DNA of 63,334 nt, the filler included, from Bipalium vagum (taxonomy: Eukaryota), in assembly GCA_037834085.1 (NCBI GenBank). It is 3 parts of 3 records of this genome, joined end to end, with 100 filler letters (N's around TTAATTAATTAA, not from the genome) between each part and the next. Parts side by side here need not be neighbours in the genome. Positions count along the whole stretch, not along the records: positions 1 to 16,077 come from JBBMKC010128231.1; 2 more parts are not named here. One strand, 5' to 3'. The translations under genes and the position numbers were made by a program. The notes below the pieces were generated by a model that was not told the DNA's origin, ran no database searches, and saw nothing but the letters and a program-made list of their open reading frames with translations. Of the stretch, positions 1-14,020 are shown one piece after another (the first letter of the stretch is position 1; each line of letters opens with the position of its first letter).

Positions 1-70
<70 letters not shown>
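1..70. repeat. (TAA)n microsatellite at window start
   Basis: Perfect TAA repeat, about 23 units. Confidence 0.95.
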
Positions 71-329
71 CAAATTACCAATACTTTTTGATCGTTTTAC
101 ACTTTACTTTTCTTCATTTCTTCTAGGATCACGTAACTTAATTGAAGATCTCAATTATTGAGATTTCGAATTGATTTATTTTGTGAACCTTTGTCATTTT
201 TGAATCATATTTGACGTGCAGAAAAGTAATGAGAATATTTTATATCAAAATCCAAAAAAAATTTTATTAACAAAAATTTTTAATAATTTATGTAATTAGC
301 GTCATTTTCAATAACTCTTTGTCATCTAT

Positions 330-900
330 TCTTAAATGATTTGGCTTTTTAAACAAAATAAATAGAAAGGTCCGATTTCATGTTCTCTAAAGTTTTATAA
401 GTTTTACAAAGGTGTTCCAGAGAAAAGACAAGAAAAGACAAACCGAAATCTTTGATTGTAAATTGAGGTATATTGAATTGTTCGGTTTTGCATTACCATG
501 AAGAAGAAAAACGCCTTTTCTGTTAATCAGATCAGTACGTTTCTTTACCAAAACTGGTTTTAAAGTATCTATTTATTCACAATAAAATTCACTGTTAGTC
601 GTTTGTCCAGATTCGAATAGATCCCAACACACACTGGTTTTCTAAATCTTACCAAACAGAGAAAAGTTGTTTGATTTTATGAAAATTTTGTTTTTGAAAA
701 AGAAATGCTGATTAATATGGGCATTAGTTTCCTTTATGTTAATTGTCACCAATTTTTCATCGGATGTTATTATTTGCTTTGCAGCAAAAGTGACGAGATG
801 TGATTAATATCGATGGTTATTATCTAGAAGACTAAACTGTAATGGTTTTGTTGCCAATAAATTGTTATTTTGTAAAATGACTACATTTCACTGTTACAAC
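330..900 (-). mobile_element. Decayed mariner transposase fragment
   Basis: Reverse complement translates to LFESGQTTNSEFYCE*IDTLKPVLVKKRTDLINRKGVFLLHGNAKP (mariner ...INRKGVxxxHDNARPH region), with stops. Boundaries approximate. Confidence 0.75.
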
Positions 901-1051
901 CTGATAAATGGGTTCATTCTAAGTAAATAGGTTCTTTATTACGAATCAAATTAAAATTGCATCTTGAAATCCTTAAATAATTTGAATTTTCGGTCAAGTT
1001 AAATAGTATCCAAATTTATATTCAAAAAGACTTTCAGAATTGACTTAAATA

Positions 1052-2233
1052 TTGCGTTGGCAAGAAAGTTCGTGCGTAATATTGGAATTTGTAGTCAAAT
1101 TTTCATAAATTAACCATTCAGCTGTTGTTTAAATAATATAATAGTCTTATGCAATAATTAAAAAAAAATTAAATATATATAATAAAATTAAAAAAAAAGA
1201 TAAAAAACTGCATTTTTGTTGTTTTATTTTGGAAAAGGTGAGTATTATATTATTTATAAATATTATATTTATGATATATCTATATTAATTTTAAAAAGGT
1301 AAGCGAGCTTCGGATGCACAAGAAAATTTTTAAAGCATATGGAGATGATGCTTTATCATAACGAGTATGCCAAAAATGTTTCGTCAAATTCAGTTGAGGA
1401 GAATTCGATATGATTGATGCATCCCGCTGCGAACGCCCATCTCAGATTAATCCAAACGCTATTGAGTCTATTATCGAAAGGAATCCATCGAACACGGTTT
1501 GGGAAATCGCAATTATACTAAAGACATGGCATACAACGGTAGAAAATACTCTATGTAAGTTTGGATTCGTTTCGCGATTCAATGTCTGGGTACCACATAA
1601 ATAACGGAAGCCAATTTATTGGCAGGTATAAAAATGTGATTAATTACTAAATCGGCAAGAAAACCACCGAATTCTTGAAACAATTGGTTTCCAATGATGA
1701 AAAGTGGGTTATGTATTACAGTGCGGTCCGCCAAAAGTCGTCCTGTTGAGCCACCAAAAGCGTGTCCAAAGGCAGGAATGCATCCCAAGAAGATCATGCT
1801 TTCTGTTTGGTGGAATTTAATAGGTGTAATTTATCACAAGCTGTTATCATCTTGCCAAACGATTAATTAGGATGTATACTGCTAGCATTTGACGAAGGTG
1901 GTCAATTCAATCCATGAAAAGTGGGGTGTTTTGCCTCATCTTTCATACTCACCGGACTTGGCTTCTACAGATTATTATTTGTTTCGGTTGCTGCAAAATT
2001 CCTTGAACAGGAAAATATTCAATGAAGATGAGTCTGTCAGAAGGCATATTGAAACTTTTTTTGCCAATAAACCCTAGGAGCTTTACGAAAGTGGTATCAT
2101 TAATTTGGCTGAAAGTTGGAAAAAGATCATTAATAATTATGATGAACATATAATTTATTAAATTGTTTTGTCAATAAAATATTTTGATATTATCTTTTGA
2201 TTAAAAAGCTCATGAATTTTCTTGCTAATCAAA
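1052..2233 (+). mobile_element. Mariner (DD34D) element, near full length, pseudogenised
   Basis: Degenerate TIRs ttgcgttggcaagaaagttcgtgcg versus rc of ...catgaattttcttgctaatcaaa, both flanked by TA. ORF fragments with WVPH (1410..1604) and HLSYSPDLASTDYYLF (1889..2077). Confidence 0.92.
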
Positions 2234-2289
2234 TAATTTCTTATGGTTTCTCTCTTGACTCATATCTTATCGATTAACTATTCACATGG

Positions 2290-3100
2290 TTGCCTTGGAT
2301 TTGAATCAACCAATTATATGAAACTTTGATTGCTACGCAGACTTTCTGTTTTGAAAAAACCCAGAAATAGCAGAGGACTTGATATAGATTGTCCGGGGGA
2401 TGTTGGATGTCTTCAGTTCATTTATTTGCAGAAAACCAATAGTAAATGCAGCGATGTTGGTAGGTGCATTTTCATGATTGGGCTTGAGGTGTTGTGTAAC
2501 CATCTTCGGTCGTCGTCTTGAATCAATTCAGTGAAGCCAACATTACAAACCATCGTGCTGTAACCCTTGTGTGCTCACCCAGCATCAATCGGGTGACCAG
2601 TCCTTTTGAATTGAAATAAGAGGCATTCTTTTCTCACACTTCGCTCACGTCTGAATTTCAATGGTGGTTCTTCGCTTTCAAATCTTCATTGTTGAATTAA
2701 CATTTCAACTGTCTCATAAATGAAAATCCATATTTCAACATCAGTATTTATGTTCATGGAGTGAATGGATTATAATTTTAAAGCATGAAATCGCAAAACT
2801 TCATCAAGCACCTTGGGGTGATCATGTAAAATTTCATTTACATTATGTTGACCAACAATCACTTTTTCACCAAGTTCCCGTAGAGTGATATTGCTTGATT
2901 AATTCTTTTTATTTCTTAATTGAATTTTGACAGACCCCCGTTGCCGATCGATCGCTTTCTGGCTCATCTGTGAAACATATTTCTCCAAAAAAGAATGAGG
3001 AATACCATCTATAAATGGCTTGTGACATCTTTTCAAAATACACGCTTCATGTCTGCTTCACACTCGGCATCTGATTTGTCAAAACTTCAATTGAAAAATA
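2290..3100 (-). mobile_element. Decayed mariner transposase
   Basis: Minus strand: ETWIFIYE..., EEPPLKFRRERSV, NHENAPT (HDNAPxH), QHPP...CYFWVF (HPPYSPDLAPCDFWLF-like). Many frameshifts; boundaries approximate. Confidence 0.7.
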
Positions 3101-6100
3101 ATAATAATAGAGCGTTTCTTTTATTTTTCGATAAATTATTTTCGTAACGAAAAATCTAAAATAATAATTTTAAAAAATTGCTATAAAAATAGTAATTAAT
3201 ATTTTAAAACAAAATTTTCAGCATTTATGAATGTCAAAACATATGTCGTATACAATCGTTGCCAGAAAATTTTATCTGCAATAGTTCTTGTTACTAAGTT
3301 CTTCTCAAAACTTATGTTTTCATAAATCACATTTTAATTAAGTTTTAAAAATTTTTAATTCTTCAAAAATAACAACAAAATACATATTTTCCTTATACTT
3401 TTCTGCATACTTAATAAAAATAACCAAAAGTAACTTAATTAACATTTTAACCAATGTTTTAACTATTCGATTTTTAAGACTAAAATTTTGAAAAATAATA
3501 ATAAAGATACATGAAACCAGATTTTATCAATCAATTTCATGAGACTTTCTCTGATAAATTATTATTTATATATTTTAAAAATTATAATGAACAGCCTGGT
3601 CTGTAAATAAAATATGAACGTTTTTTAATGAAAACGCTATGAAATTCAAGATTTTTTTGCTAAATATGTTATTAACATATTAAATTATTTTCATATTTTA
3701 TATTTTTATTTAAAGATTAATTTAAAATATCATTATTCAAATTCTCAGATTTATGTAGCACTGCAAGGTGTTTTTCAGTAAATTTTAAAATTCTTTTCAA
3801 TTATCTTTTTTATGAAAAAATGTTTTCTAAAAATATTTTTCATTCTTATTGGATTAAAAAAAATTTTTTGTTATAATCATTTTTCAAAAATTAATATTTA
3901 TATTGTTCTATAATTCTCTTTTAAAAATATAAAACTCATGTTACAAATAATTATTTTAAATTATGGCTTTTCAAATTAAAATAATTAGTAATTAAGGAAA
4001 AAATTGATCATTCATTGATTTCTGCTTTTTCCATTTTTTTGTGAATTAATTTATGGTATCAATTTTTAATCACTATAATTTTACAAATTCTCTTTTCTTG
4101 TCATTGTCAGAATCTTCCGTTACTAAATAAAAAAATTTTCATTAGCATCTTGTCTTTTCTTTCTTTACAACTTACAGTGTGATCCAGTAATTTGCTTGTT
4201 TCATTTTTTGAGTATGCTCGGTAATTTGAATTTTGAAATGATGTTGTATCTCTTTGACTTATCACATCAATGACATTGAAATTTAGTAAAAAAATATTAT
4301 CTTACATTTGGTTTTAGAGTCAATTTTGATTTTTAATATTTCCACATCATTTTAGCTATCGAGATTATCTCTAATTCTTCTTTGTTTAAGGTCTGTAATA
4401 TTTTATTTTTATAACTTTTGAAACTGTCTGAAGAAGGAGTTTGAATAATGATTTTATAATTCATTTTTCCTTATTTTTCTTAAAATTGGATTCTTGGTTA
4501 TTGAATGTCTTATCAACAGTTATTTCTATCATCTTTTCTATTTTCCAATCTGGAAAAGCATTTTTAAAATTTTCTTTTAATTATGTTCATATTATAATAT
4601 TAACCATGTAATTTGTTATCTGGCTTCAAATCTAATACTAATATAATTCAGTTCTTCACGCTATAAACAAATTCAAAATTCAGGAACCTTATTAAACCGA
4701 TAAAAAACACACTATCTCAAACAAATAACCAAATGATACTCAACAATGTTAAGCAATAACAATGTTAATAATATAAAAAATTCCTCAATAACCGAGTAAA
4801 AATGAAATAAGGTAAAAAAAGAAAGGAGAAACATTACTCCACTTTCTTTAAATGTAAAACAAAACAAAATATTAAAAATTATATTACCTTAAGTCTATTG
4901 CAATATGAATCCGTTGGATGTTTGCTGGATCTACTTGAGCACCCATCAACCGTCAAAGGTCGACAACGTTCCAAACACCACAATTGACAAGAAAAGGTAA
5001 AAAATGAATCACCGGAATAAATCGAAAAAAGTATTTCGACAAAACGGAATAAATTTTTTTCAACAAAATAAATTTCTTATTTGTAAAACAAAATATCAAC
5101 GAGTTTTTTAACTCTCCAGCTCTGAGAGTTGGTTTTATAGTTAAACATAGCCATTCAGACCGTCAAGCTCCACAAATGGGGGATCAAGAATCAGCTCTGC
5201 CTGGGCAAGGCATTTTTATTCTGTTTTTCAAGCAGTAAATGATTTTTGCATACAATCAAACGTTAATGAATAAACTTCGCGTATTACTCCTTTCAAGAAT
5301 CAAATTTTATACATGATAATCTAGTTAATGCAGAAAACTTCAAGTTTACCTAACTGACTAAGTGTAGAGGTTGGTATTGATTACCTATATTGCGATATCT
5401 GAAAAAAATCAGAAAATTGTGAAATTAATGAATGTTAATAATAATATAATAAATAATATATTTTAGAAGCTTAATTAAGATTTTAATTTAATATTAATTT
5501 TTACAAAACCAGTACTGATTTTATCAGCGAACAGATTGAAAAACAATTTAAAAACAAAGAAATTTTTGAACAATGATTTCATATCAAAAAGAATATTTTC
5601 CCAATATTATTTATTTATTCTAATTTCCAATGTCCGAAGCAATACGCGACAAAAATTCTGGAAATATCTTAAAAAAAGACTAACTATTAAAAAATAGTTT
5701 GACTAAGTTGAAACATCTTTTAACCTCATATTTAAATTTTAATGCTCAAAAAGCTTCTTTTGACAATATTTATACATGCACGAGAGGATTATTTATATTT
5801 GGCTTACCCCCATATATATATTTCACAAGATAAGCTTAACATGAGATAGATGTTCACTAGACCAATCTAATTTTATTAAATCAACTAAATTCTATAAATC
5901 ATAACTGTGTATTATCTGTATTACTTTTTTTATTTTAATATTTAATATATTAAAAATAAATATAATAAATTCAAAGTAATAATAATGAAATAAAATAATT
6001 ACAATAATAAAAATCAAACTATTTTTTATTCATCAATCGGATAAATAACTGTAAAATGTGATCAAATAAATATTAAAATAAAGTCTTTTTATCAGTTTTT

Positions 6101-7935
6101 ATTATTAAAATTAGACATTAATTTTCCTTAAGAAATTATCGAAATATCTGGAATGTAAAAATGACCAAATCAAGACCAAAAATTAAAAATGTTGCCTAAT
6201 TTTTGATTTTTTCTGTTGAATCACGAATAACCATTTAAAATGTTTGTATAATTATTTGAATTAATGATTCCAGTATAATGTTAAAATAATGTTTCAGTTT
6301 TACATTTTGTATATATTAATAAAAGGTAAGAATTTTTTAAGTCTGATAGGATTCACAAAGCCCCACAATAAACCAGACAAAACAAACGATGGAACCACAA
6401 TCAAACCAACGACAATTTACTTATAATAATATATATATTTACTTAAAATAATTAGAAGGCAAGGTATAGTTACTAAAAAGTCAGATACATTTGCTTAAAA
6501 TAAATAAAAAGCAAAATATATTTGCTTAAAATAAATATTCGCTTGCAATCGCTAACAATAATAGAAGGATTGTGATAAAATTGGTAAATAAAATTTGAAC
6601 TGATTAGAAACGTTAAAAGCTGAATCCAGGTCTACATAAGCCCCTGTCATAAAATCAGACATAAAAAACGACTCTCAAATCTACAAATAAATCTTATTTC
6701 GTAGAACTCGGTAAAGAGCAATTTTCAATTTTATTTAAAAGAACAAGAAAGACGAATTAAAATTAAATCTATCATAAATTAAAACAAAAAATTAATTAAA
6801 TAATTAATAAAATATCGATAATTAAAGAAAATTCTTTAAATTGTCGATTTCTATTCATATTTTCTATCGCAAAAAGAGATAAATTTTTCTGTTTTCGCAT
6901 GTGTCAACATCTTATCTTGGCATGATGTTATCTTATAATCTATATTTCTAGATGATTTATCTTCTGTCAATCATTGTCTTGAAAACATACTCTTCTTAGT
7001 CTTTCAGTGTTGGGTTGAGCATATTAATTGGTCTTATTAGATTCTTAGCTTACCTTTTTTCTTCATGCCCGAATTGACATTGAATGAATTGATCAAATCT
7101 TGTTCTTTACATGGAATCTGTATTTGTTGCGTTCACTACCACGCCCGTATTCAAATTTGATATCAAATCTATTCATAAAGTTAGTTCAATTTTGAAATTG
7201 AACTATTATCATGATAACAATAGCTTTATTGCCCGATCTTTTTGTGTAAATAATTTTCCCTACAGATAGTGCATGAAATGATAAAAAAAGCAATACAGTA
7301 AGCGCTCTAAATAAGAAACTTATGTGAACCCAATTTTTTAAAAAGGTTGATATATAAAGTTTGTTGATGAAAAAAAAGGAAAATAAAGTTGGCAATACAT
7401 AGAACAAAAATCATATTTATTCACATAAATTACACATATTTCTTAATGAAAACATTTTCTTTTACACATTAAAATGCAAAAATTTCATTCATAGATGTAT
7501 AATTTTTCATTGCTCATTCCATCACAATATTTTAAGAATTGATATCATTGATGTCATTTGATGGATTTGCAATCGTTTCTTCATCAGGAATTATTTCACT
7601 GTCAAGTTCGTGATTTTCATCGAGGCAAAGAAAGATTTTTCTCGTTAATTCCGTTATCCCACTATTCTTTCAGTTTCATTTAAATCAGATTTGCTTATAT
7701 AATCTAGCTATTGGGATATTATCCTCTTTCTTAATAATTTTATTAGTATATATCTAAACTAATAACAAACATCTAAACATTCGTGAGTGGATTCAAAAAT
7801 AATGCTTAAATGAACTTTTAAGTAGTGAAATCTGGATTTCATTCCAAGCTCGAACAATTAAATAAGGCAAATCCTTCAAATTTATATCTTTTAATGCTGA
7901 AATAATTCCATTATTGATAATCAAAGCTACAACTG

Positions 7936-9529
7936 TTAGGTATGGGAATTAGTTCCCATCGTTTTGTTATAGATTAATTATTATGAATATCGTGTATTTG
8001 TCATTGAAAATAAAACTAAAAGTTAAATTGTAATATATCTATGAGATATCAATAGTTAGTGTGTTTTAACTGATTAAGTAGAGTACTTATTTTAGTGAAA
8101 ATGCAAAATCAGACCAAGAAAACAGTATTTGCGGGAATCATTATTATTTTGGTACAGTTTAAAGAAATCAACCGTCGAAGACAAAGAATGTTCAGGACAA
8201 CCAAAGAAGTCAGAAAATAACGATTTACGAGTAATTATCAAAGAAAACACATTTCAAACTCTTGAAGAAAACGCACAGAATACTGAATATTGACAGGTCA
8301 ACTGCTGGCAACCGATTGCAAGCATGAAAATGATCCAAAAATATGGAAAATGGATACTATATAATTTGACCGAAAAATAGCAAGAAAATCGCAAAACTGT
8401 TTGCAAAATATATTTTTGCATCGAATTATAATAGGTTGGCAAGAAAGTAATGTCGTTTTTTATATGTATTACAAAATCAAAATATTTTAATCATTATTAT
8501 TTTAATGTACAAAATCTTTTTATGTTTATATTAGGGTGAGTCATAATAACTCGCGTTTTTTACAAATTTTCTTTACATAGAAATATTATAAGTATATTAA
8601 CTTTTACATATCTAATTAATGTTTAATTCATATGTAGATTAATATATTGATTGCTTAAATATTAAAAACGTTTATTTATTTTGAAATTTTAGTATAGATA
8701 TTTACTTTAGAAATGAGCTGCTTACCCATCGAAATAAGAGTCCTTCGTACAAGTACAAAGTAGCGCATTCTTTAAATGAAACATGTACTATTTATTCATA
8801 TATAATTTGTAATATTTTTAGAATTGAAAACGTGTGACGAAACTCATCTTGGATATTGCTTCCTTTATGAGTACCAAAAATACAACAACGCTATTCTGAC
8901 AACCGAAAAATTGTGTGACTTATTGTTCGATGTAGTTCGTGTTTGCAAAGTTCAGTGGTGGTTTTCTCCTTTGCTAGAGGATAATTTGATATCAGAAAAT
9001 GGTACACGTTCTGGGCGTCCAACATGATTTGACGAATATATTTTACATACAATGCTGCTTCTCAAACTATCCAAGACTGTAACTGGTGATCGATATCAGC
9101 AGCAATTACTCAGTTTAAGTCGAGCAATATGTACCAAGAGACCACAATATGGCCTAAGACATGATCAGATCATTTTGCAACACGAAAACACCAGACCATA
9201 TCTTCAAAAATCAGTTAAAGAAACATTGAAAAGACTTGGCTAGGATGTTCTACCTCACCAACCGTAATCACCAGACATAGCCCCATCTGACTTTCACTTG
9301 CTTCGATCCATGCAGCATTCTCTTGATGCACATGCCTTCAATTCCAATGAAGATGTAAAGGAATTGATGGATCAGTAGATTACTTCAAAGGATCAAGATT
9401 TTTTTTTACTACGGAATCCATTCTTTGCCCAAAAGGTGGTCAAAAGTTGTAGCGGCCAACAGAAAATATTTTAATGAAATAAATAACTTTATTTTCATAA
9501 AAACGACAGGAATTAATTCCCATACTTAA
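7936..9529 (+). mobile_element. Composite/nested mariner elements inside one TIR pair
   Basis: TIRs ttaggtatgggaattagttcccatcgtttt (7936) and aaaacgacaggaattaattcccatacttaa+TA (to 9529). Mos1-like N-terminus at about 8120-8410 (MIQKYGKW), extra TIR-like ends at about 8430 and 8530, a second N-terminus at 8824 (HLGYCFLYEY), and a catalytic C-terminus at 9052-9470 (LQHENTRP, SPDIAPSDFHL). Confidence 0.85.
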
Positions 9530-9539
9530 TAGATGTTAT

Positions 9540-10080
9540 CCATAGCTGTATTTACGTCATTTGATTAGGTTAAGGTCTAACAGTTCTAAGGATGTCGTGT
9601 TAATAGGAAAGAAGAAAAGAACCTAGAAATTCGGGTTATCCAAAAACATTATTTTAGTACCATGGAATGTTGCATTATCCACTAATAAAAATGCTGTTAT
9701 GAAAAGTTTCATCGATTGAAAATATAAGGAAACATGAGGGACAAATATATCTTTATAGCAGAGTTTGAAGAGTAAAGAGATTTGCCAAGCATTTTAGGTC
9801 TATTTGTAATATAATGGTAATTTTTTGATTTTGATTTATCTATCAAATTAAGCTTATGAATACCAGCTGCGTTTGTTTTTTCGTAACTGTTCCACATGAA
9901 GTCTTTTCAAAGATTGCGACATTAGTTTTGTTATGTAAAACTTTATAAACAAGACCGGTTTCATTGCAATAGTGATGCAATATCCAACTTTACGTTTGTT
10001 CAATCACATGCCACTACAAATTCCTTACCGAGTTCACCTTTTTCGGCAAAACTGTCCCGATTGCATCAAAGCAAGAAAAA
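9540..10080 (-). mobile_element. pogo/Tigger DDE transposase remnant
   Basis: Minus strand: YCNETGLVYKVL (NADETGLFWK), NAAGIHKL...KSK (NASGTHKL...GKSK), LLVDNATFH (LLDNAPSH), FFPINTTS (FLPPNTTS). Confidence 0.8.
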
Positions 10081-10711
10081 TAGTATTATTAATTTTGTTA
10101 TTAGGCACCTGAAATTTTTTAATGACAGGAAAAGTTATCAAAATTAATTGATGAATCACAAAACCCTTCAATAGAAAAATAAATATTTAATCCCAATAAA
10201 AAATCAAATCCTTCGCAATTAATCTATGGAAAAAAAACCAATCAATCTGCCTTTCCCAAATTGAATACCATTTGGAGTTCTGTATTAATTAGTAAAAATT
10301 CGAGACAGCAAAGCAAAAACAATGAGCTAATAAAATTTCCGGGAAAATCCATCAATAAGACTTTGTATACAAAAAATTAGTTGATGAGAAAAATGTTTCA
10401 ATTTTTTTTTAATTATTTTCTATAAAAAAGTAAAATCAATTTTAAAGCAACTAACGTAATTTTTACAAAACATAGATATATAGATGGAAAAAAACTGATG
10501 GAAAATATCTTCCAAGATAGAAGTACTAAGTATCACATTATAAAAGAATAATTTATTTATTAATCGTAACATGGGTAAAAAATATTAAAAATTAACTTTA
10601 AAAATTAAAACTCTGAAATAATAACATCATTTGAAACATTTTTAACTAAATTCAATATCAATAAATGTGATATATCGATGGATTTTCAGAATTTTTTGAT
10701 AATAATTAAAA

Positions 10712-11392
10712 CAGCGGTTCTCAACCTTTTTATATAGCGATCCATTTTCCAATTTTTAAGATCTTGGTGACCCAAAGAAAATCAACATTACTAAAAAGAG
10801 TTTTCTGATCGTTGAAGTCATTCAATGAGTTTTCTGAAATTCTATTTTGTTATATGTGAAATAATATAGAAGTACAGTACCTGGCCATTGAAATAGACTC
10901 ATACAAAAAAATATTGTTTTTTGACGTAAGAAATTAAACCGTTTTAATGAAAACCATTCTGTAGAAATTAATTTTTATTTACTTTTGACCAAAGTGTGTC
11001 TCCGTAGTGTTTGTATTTCACTCCCCAAACTAGTCTCTTCTTTATCATGGCCGATGTTAACTTATACTTTATGGTTATACCACTGTTTTTAAAATAATAC
11101 TTTAGTCTATTTCAATGGCCAGGTACTGTATATACTATATAGAATGAAATGATGTTTAGTTATCATTTGATTAACATTTTATTGATTTACAACATGTTAT
11201 GAATTACCTGTAATAATAAAATACTTAACTGTAGTAAAGGTAATTGTGAACAGAAGTAGTTTAATCAGTATCACAAACTATTTATTTAATAACATCATAA
11301 AACAAAATTTTTCACATTTAATGATTTGTACACCAACATAATTCGGCAACCCCTTTAAAAATACTTGCCGACTCCGGGATTGAGAGCCACTG
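10712..11392. mobile_element. Non-autonomous hAT (Charlie/MER20-like) element
   Basis: TIRs cagcggttctcaacc / ggattgagagccactg. Perfect 8-bp target-site duplication AATTAAAA at 10704-10711 and 11393-11400. Confidence 0.9.
10875..11128. mobile_element. Tc1/mariner-type MITE nested in the hAT element
   Basis: Perfect 25-bp TIRs cagtacctggccattgaaatagact / agtctatttcaatggccaggtactg, TA on both sides, 254 bp, non-coding. Confidence 0.93.
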
Positions 11393-13399
11393 AATTAAAA
11401 GATCATAATAATATATTAATAATATTTTATTTTTTTAAAAAATCAAGACAATTATGATCTACATAAAAAATAGACTGGTTATGAATTCATAATTTATACT
11501 TAAGACATAAAGCCGATTTTAATTACTGCAGTTTTCAATTCTATAAATAATGATTATATGGCTTTTTGTTATAAGAGGTTAATCAAGTGAAGTAAAATTC
11601 CATTATGCTTTATTCGAAGACTATTTCTTTGAATCTTGTAGTAATTGTGGAATTTTTTACATTTCATAATTTTTTCGAAAGTACAAAATATGTAAAAATT
11701 CATGAATTATTATTATCATTATTTATTTTCCTATCATTTTCAAACTGTTTATTTACTGAATCCGAGTAGAGCTCTTTCCATTTTATGTATTTTATATTAA
11801 ATTTATTTATTCGAAATTTTTGAAAAACTTGTGTAAATAGAAATATAAGTAAGTTTTTATTTCAAAATTTAATTAAATTTTATCCAAGAAAAATTTATCA
11901 TTGTAATAATAGTTATAATTCCAATTTTTAGAACCATATATATATACGCTCCAATCTTTATGATACACTTTAAAACAGGTTTCTGTAGACTAAATCAAAA
12001 AGAATTATTTCAAGTGCAATTTAATTCAATTTTAAAATCGTAATTAATTTATTTAATAAAATAACTCAGCCAATAAATAAATATATAATAAATTTATTAA
12101 TTGAAACTTTTAAAAAATTATTTGTTTAAATGATTAATAATAATTTATAAAATAATCTTAATAACATGAACTAGTATTTTTTGAAATATAAATAAAATGA
12201 ATTTATTTTTCCTAAAAAAATCAAACCAGTTTAAATAAAATATGATTTTAATTAATTGAATTTTATCTATCTATCAAATCTACGATTTTGAAAAACATGT
12301 GTTAGTATAATTAAAATAAAATTTAATGGCTTTTAATCAAAAAAATATTGAAGATTTATTATAGTCAATAATTTTCACAATATTATAGATTTCAGGTGAA
12401 ATTTAACAATTTGGGTGACGACTAATTGAAATAATACTAATTTTATAAAGTCATTAATAATAAAACAAAATCAGCATTTATCAATTTCATCGTCTTTCTC
12501 ATAAAACTTTTGTTCCTAAAAATTCCTTATAGTTTAAGACAATTGGGCAATTTAACAGAGAAAGAGTTAATTATTAGAAGAGTTTATGTGTGTAACTTTT
12601 GAGAAATGATAAACTTTTAAAATATTAAAATATAGATTTAAGATAAAATCAACAAATAATCAATATAAAACAATCAAATATTAAAATAGTATTGGATATA
12701 TTTTAACATTTTTCTGAGACTCTATTACTGACACCGATGACTTGTATTATTATTAAAACAAATGTAGGTTGTAATTAAAGTGAAACTAAGATTTTGATTT
12801 TTAATTAAAGCTATGCTATACATTATAATCTCGAAATTCTACAAGCAATAAACATTTTTAAAAATTTAATTATGATCAACATTAATACCATTTAATTCAA
12901 TAAAAAGTTTTAAACGTTAGTGAAAAAAAGAAACAGCATTAATAGGCATCTTGAGAATGTTTTTTGCTTGAACAATCACTTATTAAATTCTTTACCTTTT
13001 GGATAGTTCTGGGTTTCCATGTGTACACCTTTTTTAAAAGATCATAAGTCCGAGTAGAGTTACCTTATATCAAAAATCATTAACCCACATTTTACGGTAA
13101 AGTAAAAACGTACTCAAAGACTGATTAACTGAAAGTGGTATCACGTCCTAGTAAAAATGAATGTTAATGTTCCTATATATTCGTCATAGATAAAATAAAT
13201 ACTTGATGGGAATAGTATCATTAAACTGGTGCAGCAATAAAATAGGAATTTCATGAAATTTTATACATAAAACAATTAATATATAAACAAATATTATTGA
13301 TTTTGTCTTAACCATTTAATGATATTATTTAAGTCGCTTTATTTAAAAATATCCAAAAAAACGAATATCACAGTATCATTCATTTTTTCTTCTAAGGGG

Positions 13400-14020
13400 C
13401 ACAGACAAGAAAGACATTTTTTCTTGTACATTAAGTATATGGAAATGAAGATCCATGCAAGTCTAGTATTTATAATTGAATCAGAGGGTTTTCTTCTGGC
13501 AAGAGTAATTTGTTTTGTGAAGAGAGAAGTTGACGACCATAAGAAATTAGCGAGGAGAAATTCAAACAATAAAAATTATTGTAAAGACAGACGGATTACC
13601 CAGAGAGTGTTGAGTGTTAGAGTCAATTTAAGTAAACGAAGAACAAGTATTGTTATCATAAGATTAGGCAGTCGATTTGTCCCACGTTTCTTGATATGAA
13701 AGAAAAGCGAATAAAAGTGTACCAAGAAATTTGACCCTATTTATTCCTCTTGGATCGAGTTTTTTTGATGAATATTATGAGACCACATTGTGTCTTCATA
13801 TTCCATATAGTAGATAGTCTAGTGAATGAGTTTTTTCGGAGGTAAAGGTACCAAACATGCTTTGTTTAAAGACATCTCATCGAAAATGTCTCATGCTTAG
13901 TGTGCTTCGAGATGTAAAAAGTGTTTTCAAGACTAAGTTTTTTCCTGAAATCATCGACTCGAACTACTACTGCACATTTGTTAATGTTGTGAGAAAGTTA
14001 CGACGGAAATCAAAGAACCC
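13400..14020 (+). mobile_element. Decayed mariner transposase
   Basis: LGSRFVPRFL (SARWVPH-like) and LMLSVLRDVKSV...IIDSNYYC (KVMLxVFWDxxGV...TINSxYYC). Confidence 0.65.

Noticed and set aside
7186-7407. Short hydrophobic ORFs (also 15564, 31267, 41398, 49530, 50680, 54851)
   Set aside because: F/I/L/K/N-biased chance ORFs of AT-rich DNA or antisense to TE relics, with no motifs or consistent splice structure.
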